DNA of 32,000 nucleotides, from the NCBI GenBank assembly GCA_963824495.1, contig CAWGPQ010000006.1:10596-42595 (forward strand), in the 5' to 3' direction. Of the stretch, positions 1-8,260 are shown piece by piece (positions within the stretch are counted from its first letter, which is position 1; each line of letters begins with the position of its first letter). Source of the DNA: an uncultured bacterium (lineage in GTDB: Bacteria; Babelota; Babeliae; Babelales; Babelaceae). Position numbers and translations under genes: made by a program. A model generated the notes under the pieces. The model saw nothing but the letters and a program-made list of their open reading frames with translations, did not search any database and was not told the origin of the DNA.

Positions 1-152
1 GTTTTTTCTATGCTATACCCATTCGTCCAGCCCATTACACCAATGTACTACAAGTAACCAAGTGGATCAGGCCCGAAACAAAAGCGTTACATTATTGGGC
101 CAATAGTTGGGCTGGGCCTGGTGGAGTCGTAAAAAAACAAAATTCGCATTAA
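1..152 (+). CDS. GT32-type (DXD sugar-binding region) glycosyltransferase, 3' fragment; the gene runs off the left edge
   Basis: Frame 3 reads FFYAIPIRPAHYTNVLQVTKWIRPETKALHYWANSW... This is colinear with the C-terminal 'FFYP.P...WIRPET.A.HYW..SW' block of the downstream paralogs. TAA stop at 150-152. Confidence 0.75.
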   Translation, partial: FFYAIPIRPAHYTNVLQVTKWIRPETKALHYWANSWAGPGGVVKKQNSH

Positions 153-162
153 GGATATAGGT

Positions 163-1095
163 ATGCATTATATACCATTAGGTCTTAAGTTTACTCTTAT
201 GGTGGCCATAGCAGGTTCACCGATCGTTAGCGCAAAGCAACATGATGGCTCATTCGTTTATGTTGATTTTGATATTGCTATGAGCAATCACCTTACGCCT
301 GGTAAGCGAAGTAGTCGATTAGATTACTCAAGTAACCTAAAGCTGATCAAAATTTGCAAAAAGTTATACACAACGTATAACCCCCAACGAATGCAAGCTG
401 CTTTATCTCAACCATTAAAAATCCCTAAAATTATCCACCAAATTTGGCTAGGTGGTCCTGTTCCTGAAAAATACACTAACTATCGCCAAAGCTGGATTGA
501 TCATCATCCTGACTGGGAATATAGGCTTTGGACTGATGCTGATGTGGAGAGCTTTCAGCTTCAAAACAAAGAACTTTTTGATAAAGCTCGTAACTATGGA
601 GAAAAAGCAGATATTTTTCGTTATGAGATTCTCCATCGCTACGGTGGCCTCTACGTTGATATTGATTTCGAATGTCTTAAGCCTTTTGACGCATTACATC
701 ATTTTTACGATTTTTATGCGGGATTTGAACAAGAGGGACGCCATATGGAGCTGTGTAACGCAATTATAGGTACGTCACCCGGTAATGCCATAATCAAATT
801 ATGTAACAAGTCACTTAAAGAAGAAGGTGATTATAATGATGTCTTAAGTACCATTAAGCGAACAGGGCCCTATTACTTTACCGAATGTTTCATGAAAGCA
901 ATACAAAATTATAAAGGCAAAGCTCTGATTCTGCCCGTTAGTTTTCTCTATCCTGTTCCCATTAAACCAAAGGTTTATGTTACATTAGAAAGCGTTAAGC
1001 AGTGGATAAGGCCAGAAACTCTTGCTGTTCACTATTGGGCTGCAGGTTGGACAAAATCACCTAAATTAAGCAACTTTTATGAGGAGCACCTATGA
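163..1095 (+). CDS. GT32-type glycosyltransferase paralog 1 with N-terminal signal/anchor
   Basis: 310-aa ORF with AAGGA 8 nt upstream of the ATG. Motifs IPKIIHQIWLGG, HPDWEYRLWTD and YGGLYVDIDFECLKP (DXD) are typical of the Och1/Sur1/A4GALT-like 'Gly_transf_sug' region. Hydrophobic N-terminus ...MVAIAGSPIVSA. Confidence 0.85.
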   Translation: MHYIPLGLKFTLMVAIAGSPIVSAKQHDGSFVYVDFDIAMSNHLTPGKRSSRLDYSSNLKLIKICKKLYTTYNPQRMQAALSQPLKIPKIIHQIWLGGPVPEKYTNYRQSWIDHHPDWEYRLWTDADVESFQLQNKELFDKARNYGEKADIFRYEILHRYGGLYVDIDFECLKPFDALHHFYDFYAGFEQEGRHMELCNAIIGTSPGNAIIKLCNKSLKEEGDYNDVLSTIKRTGPYYFTECFMKAIQNYKGKALILPVSFLYPVPIKPKVYVTLESVKQWIRPETLAVHYWAAGWTKSPKLSNFYEEHL

Positions 1096-2030
1096 AGAAG
1101 CTATGTTTTTTTGTAAATTTAGTATATGTGCTCAATACACTACCGCATACCAACGATCTGCCCGAAGCTCATAGGAATTATTTACGACCATGGGTAAACT
1201 TTGAAAAATCAATGTACCACTATTTTACCACGCAAGATCAAAAGACTCCTTATTCCTCACAAGTCACTCCTGAATGGCACATCGTTAAAATGCTCTATGA
1301 GCGTAATAACCTTGGCACTATACAGCCCTCACCACAACCGAAAATTCCTAAAATCATTCACCAAATCTGGCTTGGTAGTCCATTGCCTAAACAATACAAA
1401 AAATATCAAAAAAGCTGGCGACATCACCATCCTGATTGGGAATATAAGCTTTGGACCGATGCCGATGTAGAGGCCTTCCAACTCCACAATAAAAAACTCT
1501 TTGATGAAGCAAAAAATTATGGTGAAAAATCAGACATCTTTCGTTATGAAATTTTGCACCGCTATGGCGGAGTCTATATAGATACTGATATTGAGTGTCT
1601 TAAGCCTTTTGATATTTTTCATCATTGCTACGATTTTTATGTTGGAACAACCAATCCTGGAACGCTAGAAATAAATAATGCACTTATTGGCTGTGCGCCT
1701 GGACATCCCATCATACAGCTTTGCATCGACTCACTCGGACAAGAAGATGACGCTAATAAATATAGTAATAACTATATTGTCAGCACATTTCAGCGAACTG
1801 GGCCTGCTTATTTTACAAACTGCTTTATGCAGCTAGCGGTGCAATGTGGTGGTACCGTTATAGCTTTCCCTGTGACATTCTTTTATCCCGTACCTAATCT
1901 TCTTGAAGGCTTAACAACTTTGCACAGTGTTAAAAAATGGATTAGACCTGAAACATGGTGTGTACATTATTCAGCACGAAGTTGGCAGAAGAAAGCAAAA
2001 AAATTACGATCACATCGCGGAAACTCATGA
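1092..2030 (+). CDS. GT32-type glycosyltransferase paralog 2
   Basis: 312-aa ORF. The start overlaps the upstream stop as ATGA (1092-1095). Motifs IPKIIHQIWLGS, HPDWEYKLWTD, YGGVYIDTDIECLKP. Confidence 0.85.
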   Translation: MKKLCFFVNLVYVLNTLPHTNDLPEAHRNYLRPWVNFEKSMYHYFTTQDQKTPYSSQVTPEWHIVKMLYERNNLGTIQPSPQPKIPKIIHQIWLGSPLPKQYKKYQKSWRHHHPDWEYKLWTDADVEAFQLHNKKLFDEAKNYGEKSDIFRYEILHRYGGVYIDTDIECLKPFDIFHHCYDFYVGTTNPGTLEINNALIGCAPGHPIIQLCIDSLGQEDDANKYSNNYIVSTFQRTGPAYFTNCFMQLAVQCGGTVIAFPVTFFYPVPNLLEGLTTLHSVKKWIRPETWCVHYSARSWQKKAKKLRSHRGNS

Positions 2031-2980
2031 TACACCTACAGCATACCACAATACGCACTCCATTAGTATGCGCATACCTCGGACTCACACTTGTATACTG
2101 TTGTGTAAGCGCACGCGACCATACCACCAGGAACACTGCTATGGTTGACGTTGTTGACTTTGATGTTTCAATGAGTAATCATATAACTCCCGGTGCATTG
2201 GCAAGAAACCCTTACAAACCTGAAGATTTTTCTCAATGGGAAATACTCAAAAGACTTTATATTACTTACAATCCTAACAATGTTAAGCCATCATCAGAGT
2301 TACGTATACCCAAAATTATTCACCAAATATGGCTTGGTAGCCACTTTCCTAAACACTATGAAAGATACCAAAAAAGCTGGCTTACTTATCATCCCGGCTG
2401 GCTTTATAAACTTTGGACTGACGCAGATGTTAAAAACTTTACCTGGTCCAACCAAAACAGCAAAAAGCTCTTTGACGATGCCCAAAATTACGGCGAAAAA
2501 TCTGATATTTTACGCTATGAGCTTCTCTATCGTTATGGCGGGCTCTACGTCGATGTTGATTTTGAGTGTCTCAAGCCTCTTGATGACTTACATTACTGCT
2601 ACGATGTATATGTTGGTATTGAGCAAGCTCAGCGATTAGAAATTAATAACGCGCTTATTGGCGCAGCACCTGAACATCCATTTCTTAAATTTTGCATCGA
2701 ATCGTTACGAGATCAAGGATCAAAGCGAGACTTCATGGCAATCATGCAACGCTCTGGTCCTGTATTCTTTACCAAGTGCTTTATGCATTGTATCGCATTA
2801 TACGAGGATAGCATGTTTGCCTTCCCTGTAAGCTACTTTTACCCCATACCTATAAAAACAGGAGCATATCATACGCTTAATCAGGTGGCTAACTACATAC
2901 AACCTGAAACGTATGCAGTTCATTACTGGAATTCAAGCTGGACATTACCAAGTGGCTTTGTAAAAGGATCGAAGAAGTAA
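2027..2980 (+). CDS. GT32-type glycosyltransferase paralog 3
   Basis: Track ORF 1955-2980. I place the start at the in-frame ATG at 2027, which forms an ATGA overlap with the upstream stop (2027-2030). That gives a signal-like N-terminus MIHLQHTTIRTPLVCAYLGLTLVYCCVSA. Motifs IPKIIHQIWLGS, HPGWLYKLWTD, YGGLYVDVDFECLKP. Confidence 0.8.
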   Translation: MIHLQHTTIRTPLVCAYLGLTLVYCCVSARDHTTRNTAMVDVVDFDVSMSNHITPGALARNPYKPEDFSQWEILKRLYITYNPNNVKPSSELRIPKIIHQIWLGSHFPKHYERYQKSWLTYHPGWLYKLWTDADVKNFTWSNQNSKKLFDDAQNYGEKSDILRYELLYRYGGLYVDVDFECLKPLDDLHYCYDVYVGIEQAQRLEINNALIGAAPEHPFLKFCIESLRDQGSKRDFMAIMQRSGPVFFTKCFMHCIALYEDSMFAFPVSYFYPIPIKTGAYHTLNQVANYIQPETYAVHYWNSSWTLPSGFVKGSKK

Positions 2981-2983
2981 TTT

Positions 2984-3829
2984 ATGCTCTGTGTCACCCT
3001 TATCTTTTGTATGCTCGGCTTAATCCAGCCTATACTGCTCTGTGCCGATTTTAATACTTCAGACTTTGAATCTCTTAAAGACAACTATAACTATATCTAT
3101 AAGCACAATAGTTCTAGTTCTTTACAAGTGCGCATACCCAAGATTATTCACCAAATATGGCTTGGCAGTCCCTTGCCGAAACGTTTTAAAAAGTATCAAA
3201 AAAGCTGGCTTATACATCACCCTGGCTGGCGCTATAAACTCTGGACTGATGCTGATATTAAAAACTTTACCTGGTCCAACCAAAAGAGTAAAAAGCTCTT
3301 TGACGATGCCCAAAATTACGGCGAAAAATCCGATATTTTACGCTATGAGCTTCTCTATCGTTATGGTGGGCTCTATATCGATGTCGATTTCGAATGCCTC
3401 AAGCCTTTTGACAATCTACATTGTTGCTATGATTTCTATACAGGCATATCTAACACAGCATCACTCGAGCTTAATAACGCGCTTATAGGCTCTGCTGCCG
3501 GTCACCCTATTATGAAACGTTGTATAGAAGATCTTGAAGATACAGGCTCAAAAACCGACCTTATGGCTATTATTGAGCGTACTGGTCCCTTATACTTTAC
3601 ACGCTGCTTTCTTAATTATGCCCAAGAAGCAGATAAAAAAATGCACGAAAAAATAATAGCTTTTCCGCAGAGCTTCTTTTACCCAATACCTAATACTATT
3701 TCTAAAATATGCACGCATGATGAGCTCGAGCATTGGCGCCAACCGGAAAGCTATGCAGCTCACTATTGGGCATGCAGTTGGCAAAAACCTTCCGCTTTTA
3801 TATCAAAAAAAAGGAATATCTTATCATGA
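2984..3829 (+). CDS. GT32-type glycosyltransferase paralog 4
   Basis: 281-aa ORF starting 3 nt after the upstream stop. Hydrophobic N-terminus MLCVTLIFCMLGLIQPILLCA. Motifs IPKIIHQIWLGS, HPGWRYKLWTD, YGGLYIDVDFECLKP. Confidence 0.85.
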   Translation: MLCVTLIFCMLGLIQPILLCADFNTSDFESLKDNYNYIYKHNSSSSLQVRIPKIIHQIWLGSPLPKRFKKYQKSWLIHHPGWRYKLWTDADIKNFTWSNQKSKKLFDDAQNYGEKSDILRYELLYRYGGLYIDVDFECLKPFDNLHCCYDFYTGISNTASLELNNALIGSAAGHPIMKRCIEDLEDTGSKTDLMAIIERTGPLYFTRCFLNYAQEADKKMHEKIIAFPQSFFYPIPNTISKICTHDELEHWRQPESYAAHYWACSWQKPSAFISKKRNILS

Positions 3830-4713
3830 AGAATTATGGACCTTTTATCACACTCTGTTGTATGGTACTTTTAGCGTATACCCATGAAATTGCACAGGCT
3901 AGGCCACGAGTAAGCATTATAACATCGGTTAAATTTGGCGGTGACTTTATCAAGGGATTCATGGAAGATATTACACGTCAGACTATCTTTGATGACTGTG
4001 AACTTATTATGATTAATGCTGATTCCCCTGATAATGAAGAAGATACTATTAAAGAGTATGTGAAACGCTATCCCAATATTATTTACAAAAAACTTTCCTA
4101 TGATCCCGGCCTGTATGGCGTTTGGAATTTAGCAATCAGCATGTCAAAAGCAAACTTTATTACGAACGCCAATCTTGACGATAGGCTTGCCCCCCATTCA
4201 CTTGAATATCGAGCTCGAGAACTTGAGAATAATCCACAAGCTGATCTGGTCTATTCAAATGCATACGTTACCTACAAACCGAATGCAACATTTGAAGATC
4301 CTGCCGTCGCATGGGTATGGGTAAAGGAAGAATTTTCCCGATCAGCAATGTTCCATTGCCTACCAGGAAGCTATCCTATGTGGCGCACATCATTACATAC
4401 AAAAGCTGGCCTCTTTAATGCAGCATTTAAGCATTCTGGTGATTATGAAATGTGGTTACGAGCTGTAAGCAAGGGATGTGTATTTAAAAAATTGCCAGAG
4501 GTTACTGGTCTTTATTACTTTAACCCCAAGGGTTTATCAACTAATCCAGCATATAAGAAAGCAGAAGTTGAAACTGCTCTTCTACGACAAAAATACAGTT
4601 ATTTCTGGGAACCGCCAAAGAAACAGTCCCCTAAAAAGCCATCCAAGCAAAAGCCTATTAAGCAGAGCAATAATCACCCTATAAGTTTACGCTTTTCTGC
4701 TAAGAAGACGTGA
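3826..4713 (+). CDS. GT2-family (GT-A fold) glycosyltransferase with signal/anchor and a Lys/Pro-rich C-terminal tail
   Basis: Track ORF 3733-4713. I use the ATG at 3826 (ATGA overlap with the paralog 4 stop; AAGGAA upstream). N-terminus MKNYGPFITLCCMVLLAYTHEIAQA. Then VSIITSV...ELIMINADSPDNEEDTI...NANLDDR, a typical GT2 nucleotide-sugar binding core. Tail PPKKQSPKKPSKQKPIKQ. Confidence 0.75.
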   Translation: MKNYGPFITLCCMVLLAYTHEIAQARPRVSIITSVKFGGDFIKGFMEDITRQTIFDDCELIMINADSPDNEEDTIKEYVKRYPNIIYKKLSYDPGLYGVWNLAISMSKANFITNANLDDRLAPHSLEYRARELENNPQADLVYSNAYVTYKPNATFEDPAVAWVWVKEEFSRSAMFHCLPGSYPMWRTSLHTKAGLFNAAFKHSGDYEMWLRAVSKGCVFKKLPEVTGLYYFNPKGLSTNPAYKKAEVETALLRQKYSYFWEPPKKQSPKKPSKQKPIKQSNNHPISLRFSAKKT

Positions 4714-5658
4714 ACCCCAATCAATATCCCAAATATCTAAATCAGCAAAATGCTTTCGCCCGTACTGGTTAAACCATGAAAGTATCTGCTTTTCCCGCCA
4801 GCGCTCTGCACTGGCAAAGACTTTTGGTGCAAAAAATGTATAACCTTCAAACCAAGCTCGAGGGGCAGGCTCAAGATGAATATCCCGTTCATCCTTGCTA
4901 GGGGCATATCTTTTGTTAATTGCACGAGCTGATTTTTTTGGATCACGTATGCGTTCTAGGCAACGATACCATGCTTGTTTAACCAATAGATTGCGCCAAT
5001 TAACAAACTGAAAGTGTATAAGACCATGCGTATATCCCTCAATAACGTGTCGTTTGCCATTAAGAAAATTTGGTACACGTGACGTATGAATAAAACCAGA
5101 ATCATAGCGTGCTTTTGTATCATCACAAAAGATAATATCTTTGTAATTCCACGTCCAAACAGACCCATCAAATCGATAATAATCAATGCTGCGCCATAAA
5201 TGAATCCAATTAACCATCAGAATATCACCTGGCTTTAGGCTCAGGATACGTTTTCTTAAGAACTGCTGATCGAGGCAATTAGAGGTAAACATCTCATCAG
5301 CATCAATAACGATAAAATGAGTTCCTCCAAGCTTACGCCCTGCTTGCAATAAAGCGTTTCTATCGCCCGGTTCGTCACGATACCAATGAGACTTAGTGAT
5401 AACATGCTTTACTTTACAGTCTTTAGCACATCTCTTAACAATCTTCACCGTATTATCAGTTGATGCATCATCCAAAACAACGATAGCGTCAGCATACAAA
5501 GCGAGAGCTTTTAAACTCTGCTCAATAATTGGTGCTTCGTTTCTCACCGGCATAAGGCCAATAATTTTGGCAGCCGACGCTTTTACTCGAGTAAAAGCTT
5601 GAACATTCATAGCACCCATCCAACAAGACAAGAAAAAAATTAAGAATATATGCCCCAT
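4687..5658 (-). CDS. GT2-family glycosyltransferase with signal/anchor
   Basis: Track ORF 4687-5682 begins at a GTG. The ATG at 5658 is preceded by AAAGGAG. N-terminus MGHIFLIFFLSCWMGAMNVQA. Then GLMPVRNEAPIIEQSL...VVLDDASTDNT...FIVIDADEMF (GT2 DxD-type core). The 3' end overlaps the convergent GT2 by 27 bp. Confidence 0.75.
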   Translation of the reverse strand: MGHIFLIFFLSCWMGAMNVQAFTRVKASAAKIIGLMPVRNEAPIIEQSLKALALYADAIVVLDDASTDNTVKIVKRCAKDCKVKHVITKSHWYRDEPGDRNALLQAGRKLGGTHFIVIDADEMFTSNCLDQQFLRKRILSLKPGDILMVNWIHLWRSIDYYRFDGSVWTWNYKDIIFCDDTKARYDSGFIHTSRVPNFLNGKRHVIEGYTHGLIHFQFVNWRNLLVKQAWYRCLERIRDPKKSARAINKRYAPSKDERDIHLEPAPRAWFEGYTFFAPKVFASAERWREKQILSWFNQYGRKHFADLDIWDIDWGSRLLSRKA

Positions 5659-5808
5659 AACTTTAGCTCCTTTCTTTATCACATGATTATGTTAAAAAGA
5701 TAAAATATCCTTTAGCACATCGTCAACCTATCAACCTAAGAATTTGACACTTCAGTGTGATTTGTGGTTTTCTAAAAAAAATTATCTAATAAGAAGAGGA
5801 AAAAAGAT

Positions 5809-6753
5809 ATGGAGCACATACAAAAGATTACGTCAGGCATTCAGCGTTATGTCATACTGTTGTTTATAGTACTTGAGTTGTTTAGTGTTACACATGTACG
5901 GGCAGCTTGGGTCGACTTTGATCAAGCGATGGGAAAACATCTTAAGATTAACCCAATGGTCCCTCTGGACGAATATCAAAGAAGAAAGCAATTTTATAAA
6001 GCACTTTATAATAAAAATAATTTAGCAAAAGTTAAACCTCAAAACAACCCCAAAATACCCAAAATCATTCATCAAATCTGGCTTGGAAGTCCTTTTCCTG
6101 AAAAATTTAAGCCACTGCAAGAAACCTGGATTACAAAACATCCAAGTTGGAAGTATATTTTATGGACTGACGAATCGGCCAAGCAACTTAAGCTGTGGCA
6201 CAAAACATGGTTTAAAAAAATTAAGAATCTAGGATTTAAGGCTGACCTATTACGCTGCGAAATACTTTACCAGTATGGCGGACTCTATATTGATGTTGAC
6301 TTTGAATGCGTAAAGTCATTTGACCTATTACATCATTGCTACGATTTTTATGCTGGTTTGCCTCGTAATCAAACTGATATGGATATCGCTAATGGTTTAA
6401 TTGGTTCTAGAGCAGGACATCCTATTTTAAAAAATTACTTAAAGACTGTTGGCGTGCATCTTGAAAAATACTTTAAGACTCATTCTCGGCAAACAAATGA
6501 TCTTATGAACGTTGTTGGATCCCCTGCCTTATCCAATTCTGTACGAAAAGTAACTAAACTTAACGATCCAACAAGTATCACCGTCATTTTTCCCGTGAGT
6601 TTCTTTTACCCGTGGTTTCATATGTATGGTATTGAAGCCAAGCATTGGCAAGGAGCACTTGGTATACACAAGCGCAAAGATATTTATCGTATCCTTAAAC
6701 CTGAATCGTTTGCACTTCATTACTGGGGAGGGACCTGGGAAAACAGCTGGTAA
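5809..6753 (+). CDS. GT32-type glycosyltransferase paralog 6 (more divergent)
   Basis: 314-aa ORF with AGAGGA upstream. IPKIIHQIWLGSPFP, HPSWKYILWTD, YGGLYIDVDFECVKS. Hydrophobic segment YVILLFIVLELFSVTHVRA. Confidence 0.85.
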   Translation: MEHIQKITSGIQRYVILLFIVLELFSVTHVRAAWVDFDQAMGKHLKINPMVPLDEYQRRKQFYKALYNKNNLAKVKPQNNPKIPKIIHQIWLGSPFPEKFKPLQETWITKHPSWKYILWTDESAKQLKLWHKTWFKKIKNLGFKADLLRCEILYQYGGLYIDVDFECVKSFDLLHHCYDFYAGLPRNQTDMDIANGLIGSRAGHPILKNYLKTVGVHLEKYFKTHSRQTNDLMNVVGSPALSNSVRKVTKLNDPTSITVIFPVSFFYPWFHMYGIEAKHWQGALGIHKRKDIYRILKPESFALHYWGGTWENSW

Positions 6754-6812
6754 TCCTGGATCTCCCGTAAATTGGAAAAAGTTCCTTAGTTCGCCACAAG
6801 AGGAAAATTACG

Positions 6813-8186
6813 ATGATAGTAACGATTAATACACCAAACATATCCATAACAAGCATATTACTCTTACTAGTCTTTTCTATAGCATATACACTTCAGCCAA
6901 TCCCTCCTCTACCTCAACCTTTTGATAACACACTAAGACGTTCCGATACTCCTGCCATCATTACTTATAAAGCTATTGATTTGGTCAATAAATTTAGATT
7001 GGATATAATGGCTAAGTACATTTATGCAAAGCATAGAGAAATGAACGTAAAAAGTGATTGGGGTCTGCGAGTATACAGCGAGCATCTTCATGTTTGGAAT
7101 AATTACTACGAAGCAAGTAATCCTGCCAAGAACAGCCTTAGTGCATATCTTAGAGCATTTCACAAAACACTTGATTCAGTAAAAGCCCAGGGATTTTCAG
7201 CAACTACATCACTTGTTCCATTAGGCCTGCGATCTATCGATGATGGTGCGCATAGAGTAACTGCGTGCTTACTCTATAACAAAGATGTACTTTGCAAGCA
7301 AACTGATAATCCAGGACACGATGCTTCATCACACTTTTTTAGAAATAAGCGAGATTACGTTCCAACCGGTCTTGCTGAAAAATATCTTGACGCAATGGCA
7401 TTAACCTATTGTGAACTCAAGGAAAATACTGCTATCGTTGTAATTTTCCCTCGGGCTATTAAAGACAATCAACGAATTAAAAAAATACTCCAAAACTATA
7501 TGCATAGCATATATGAAAAAGAGATTACGCTGAAAGCTTCAGGTCCCCGTAATTTTATTAGGAACTATCTGGAAGCCTCCAGCAAAGTAAACCAATGCTT
7601 TACTCAGAACCGTACTCATTCGTGGACTATTCATGTATTTCTTGTTGAAATACTTAACCAATCACTTATGCAGAAAGCCAAACAAGAAATTAATGACGCT
7701 CTCGGTATTTCGCAAGCAGTGCATGTAACAGATGGTCATGATGACACTCTAAAATTAGCACGGGCTGTTTTTAACCAAAATAGTATACATTTTCTTAATA
7801 ATGCCAACTCTAAAGATTTTAAAAACTTCAATGATTTTTTTACTATTTATAAAAACTGGCTTGATAGAAACTCTTTTGATAAAGAGTGCTTTTGCATAAC
7901 TGGTGATGCTGTACTGGCAGCATATGGTATACGTGACTGTCAACAACTTGGTTTTATACATCACGGTTACAATAACCAATGCTCGATCGAAATAAGCTCA
8001 ATAACTGACAACAATAGCGATGCTTATTATCGTACAATGAGTAAAGACAACATACTATTTAACCCAGAAAATTATTTTTATTATCGTGATATAAAATGTG
8101 CTGCTTTGCATGTCGTTAGAAACATGAAAGCCCGACAGACCAACTTCCGATATTTTCAACCTTATGGAGACCCTCAAGAGGGATAA
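6813..8186 (+). CDS. Hypothetical 457-aa protein, N-terminal TM/signal segment, possible ParB/sulfiredoxin-like 'DGxHR' motif
   Basis: Long ORF with GAGGAAAATTACG before the ATG. N-terminus ISITSILLLLVFSIAYT. Motif SIDDGAHRVTACLL resembles the ParB/Srx-fold DGxHR signature. I recognise no family for the rest. It sits between glycosyltransferases and the flippase. Confidence 0.55.
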   Translation: MIVTINTPNISITSILLLLVFSIAYTLQPIPPLPQPFDNTLRRSDTPAIITYKAIDLVNKFRLDIMAKYIYAKHREMNVKSDWGLRVYSEHLHVWNNYYEASNPAKNSLSAYLRAFHKTLDSVKAQGFSATTSLVPLGLRSIDDGAHRVTACLLYNKDVLCKQTDNPGHDASSHFFRNKRDYVPTGLAEKYLDAMALTYCELKENTAIVVIFPRAIKDNQRIKKILQNYMHSIYEKEITLKASGPRNFIRNYLEASSKVNQCFTQNRTHSWTIHVFLVEILNQSLMQKAKQEINDALGISQAVHVTDGHDDTLKLARAVFNQNSIHFLNNANSKDFKNFNDFFTIYKNWLDRNSFDKECFCITGDAVLAAYGIRDCQQLGFIHHGYNNQCSIEISSITDNNSDAYYRTMSKDNILFNPENYFYYRDIKCAALHVVRNMKARQTNFRYFQPYGDPQEG

Positions 8187-8260
8187 GATAGCGTACCATA
8201 CACGACCGTGAGCTTAAGCCTCACCTGACCTGCAAAACTAACACAAAATACAAATCAACT

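Noticed and set aside
1955-2026. Upstream ATG at 1955, which the ORF track uses for GT32 paralog 3.
   Set aside because: It would overlap the preceding gene by 76 nt and add a non-homologous extension. The ATG at 2027 gives the ATGA coupling seen at the other junctions and a signal-like N-terminus.
452-3488. Long +1-frame ORFs inside each GT32 paralog (452-769, 1201-1470, 2193-2639, 3042-3488), apparently 'conserved' between paralogs. Short antisense ORFs (448-636, 2300-2485, 3122-3313) accompany them.
   Set aside because: They occupy the same homologous, highly conserved nucleotide segment, so their similarity follows from main-frame conservation. Differences between paralogs 3 and 4 are mostly silent or conservative in the GT frame but scramble the alternative frame. 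They have no RBS and no recognisable protein features.
3805-3812. An A8 homopolymer at the end of GT32 paralog 4, as a phase-variation switch. Other A8/T8 tracts are at 5774-5781, 24032-24039 and 24169-24176.
   Set aside because: The tract affects only the last few codons of paralog 4 and doubles as the A-rich RBS context of the next gene. A/T runs of this length are expected in AT-rich DNA. Without population read data there is no evidence of length variation.
8208-8224. Hairpin GTGAG-cttaagc-CTCAC after the orphan gene, as a rho-independent terminator.
   Set aside because: The stem is only 5 bp and no T-run follows. The downstream flippase gene is probably co-transcribed.
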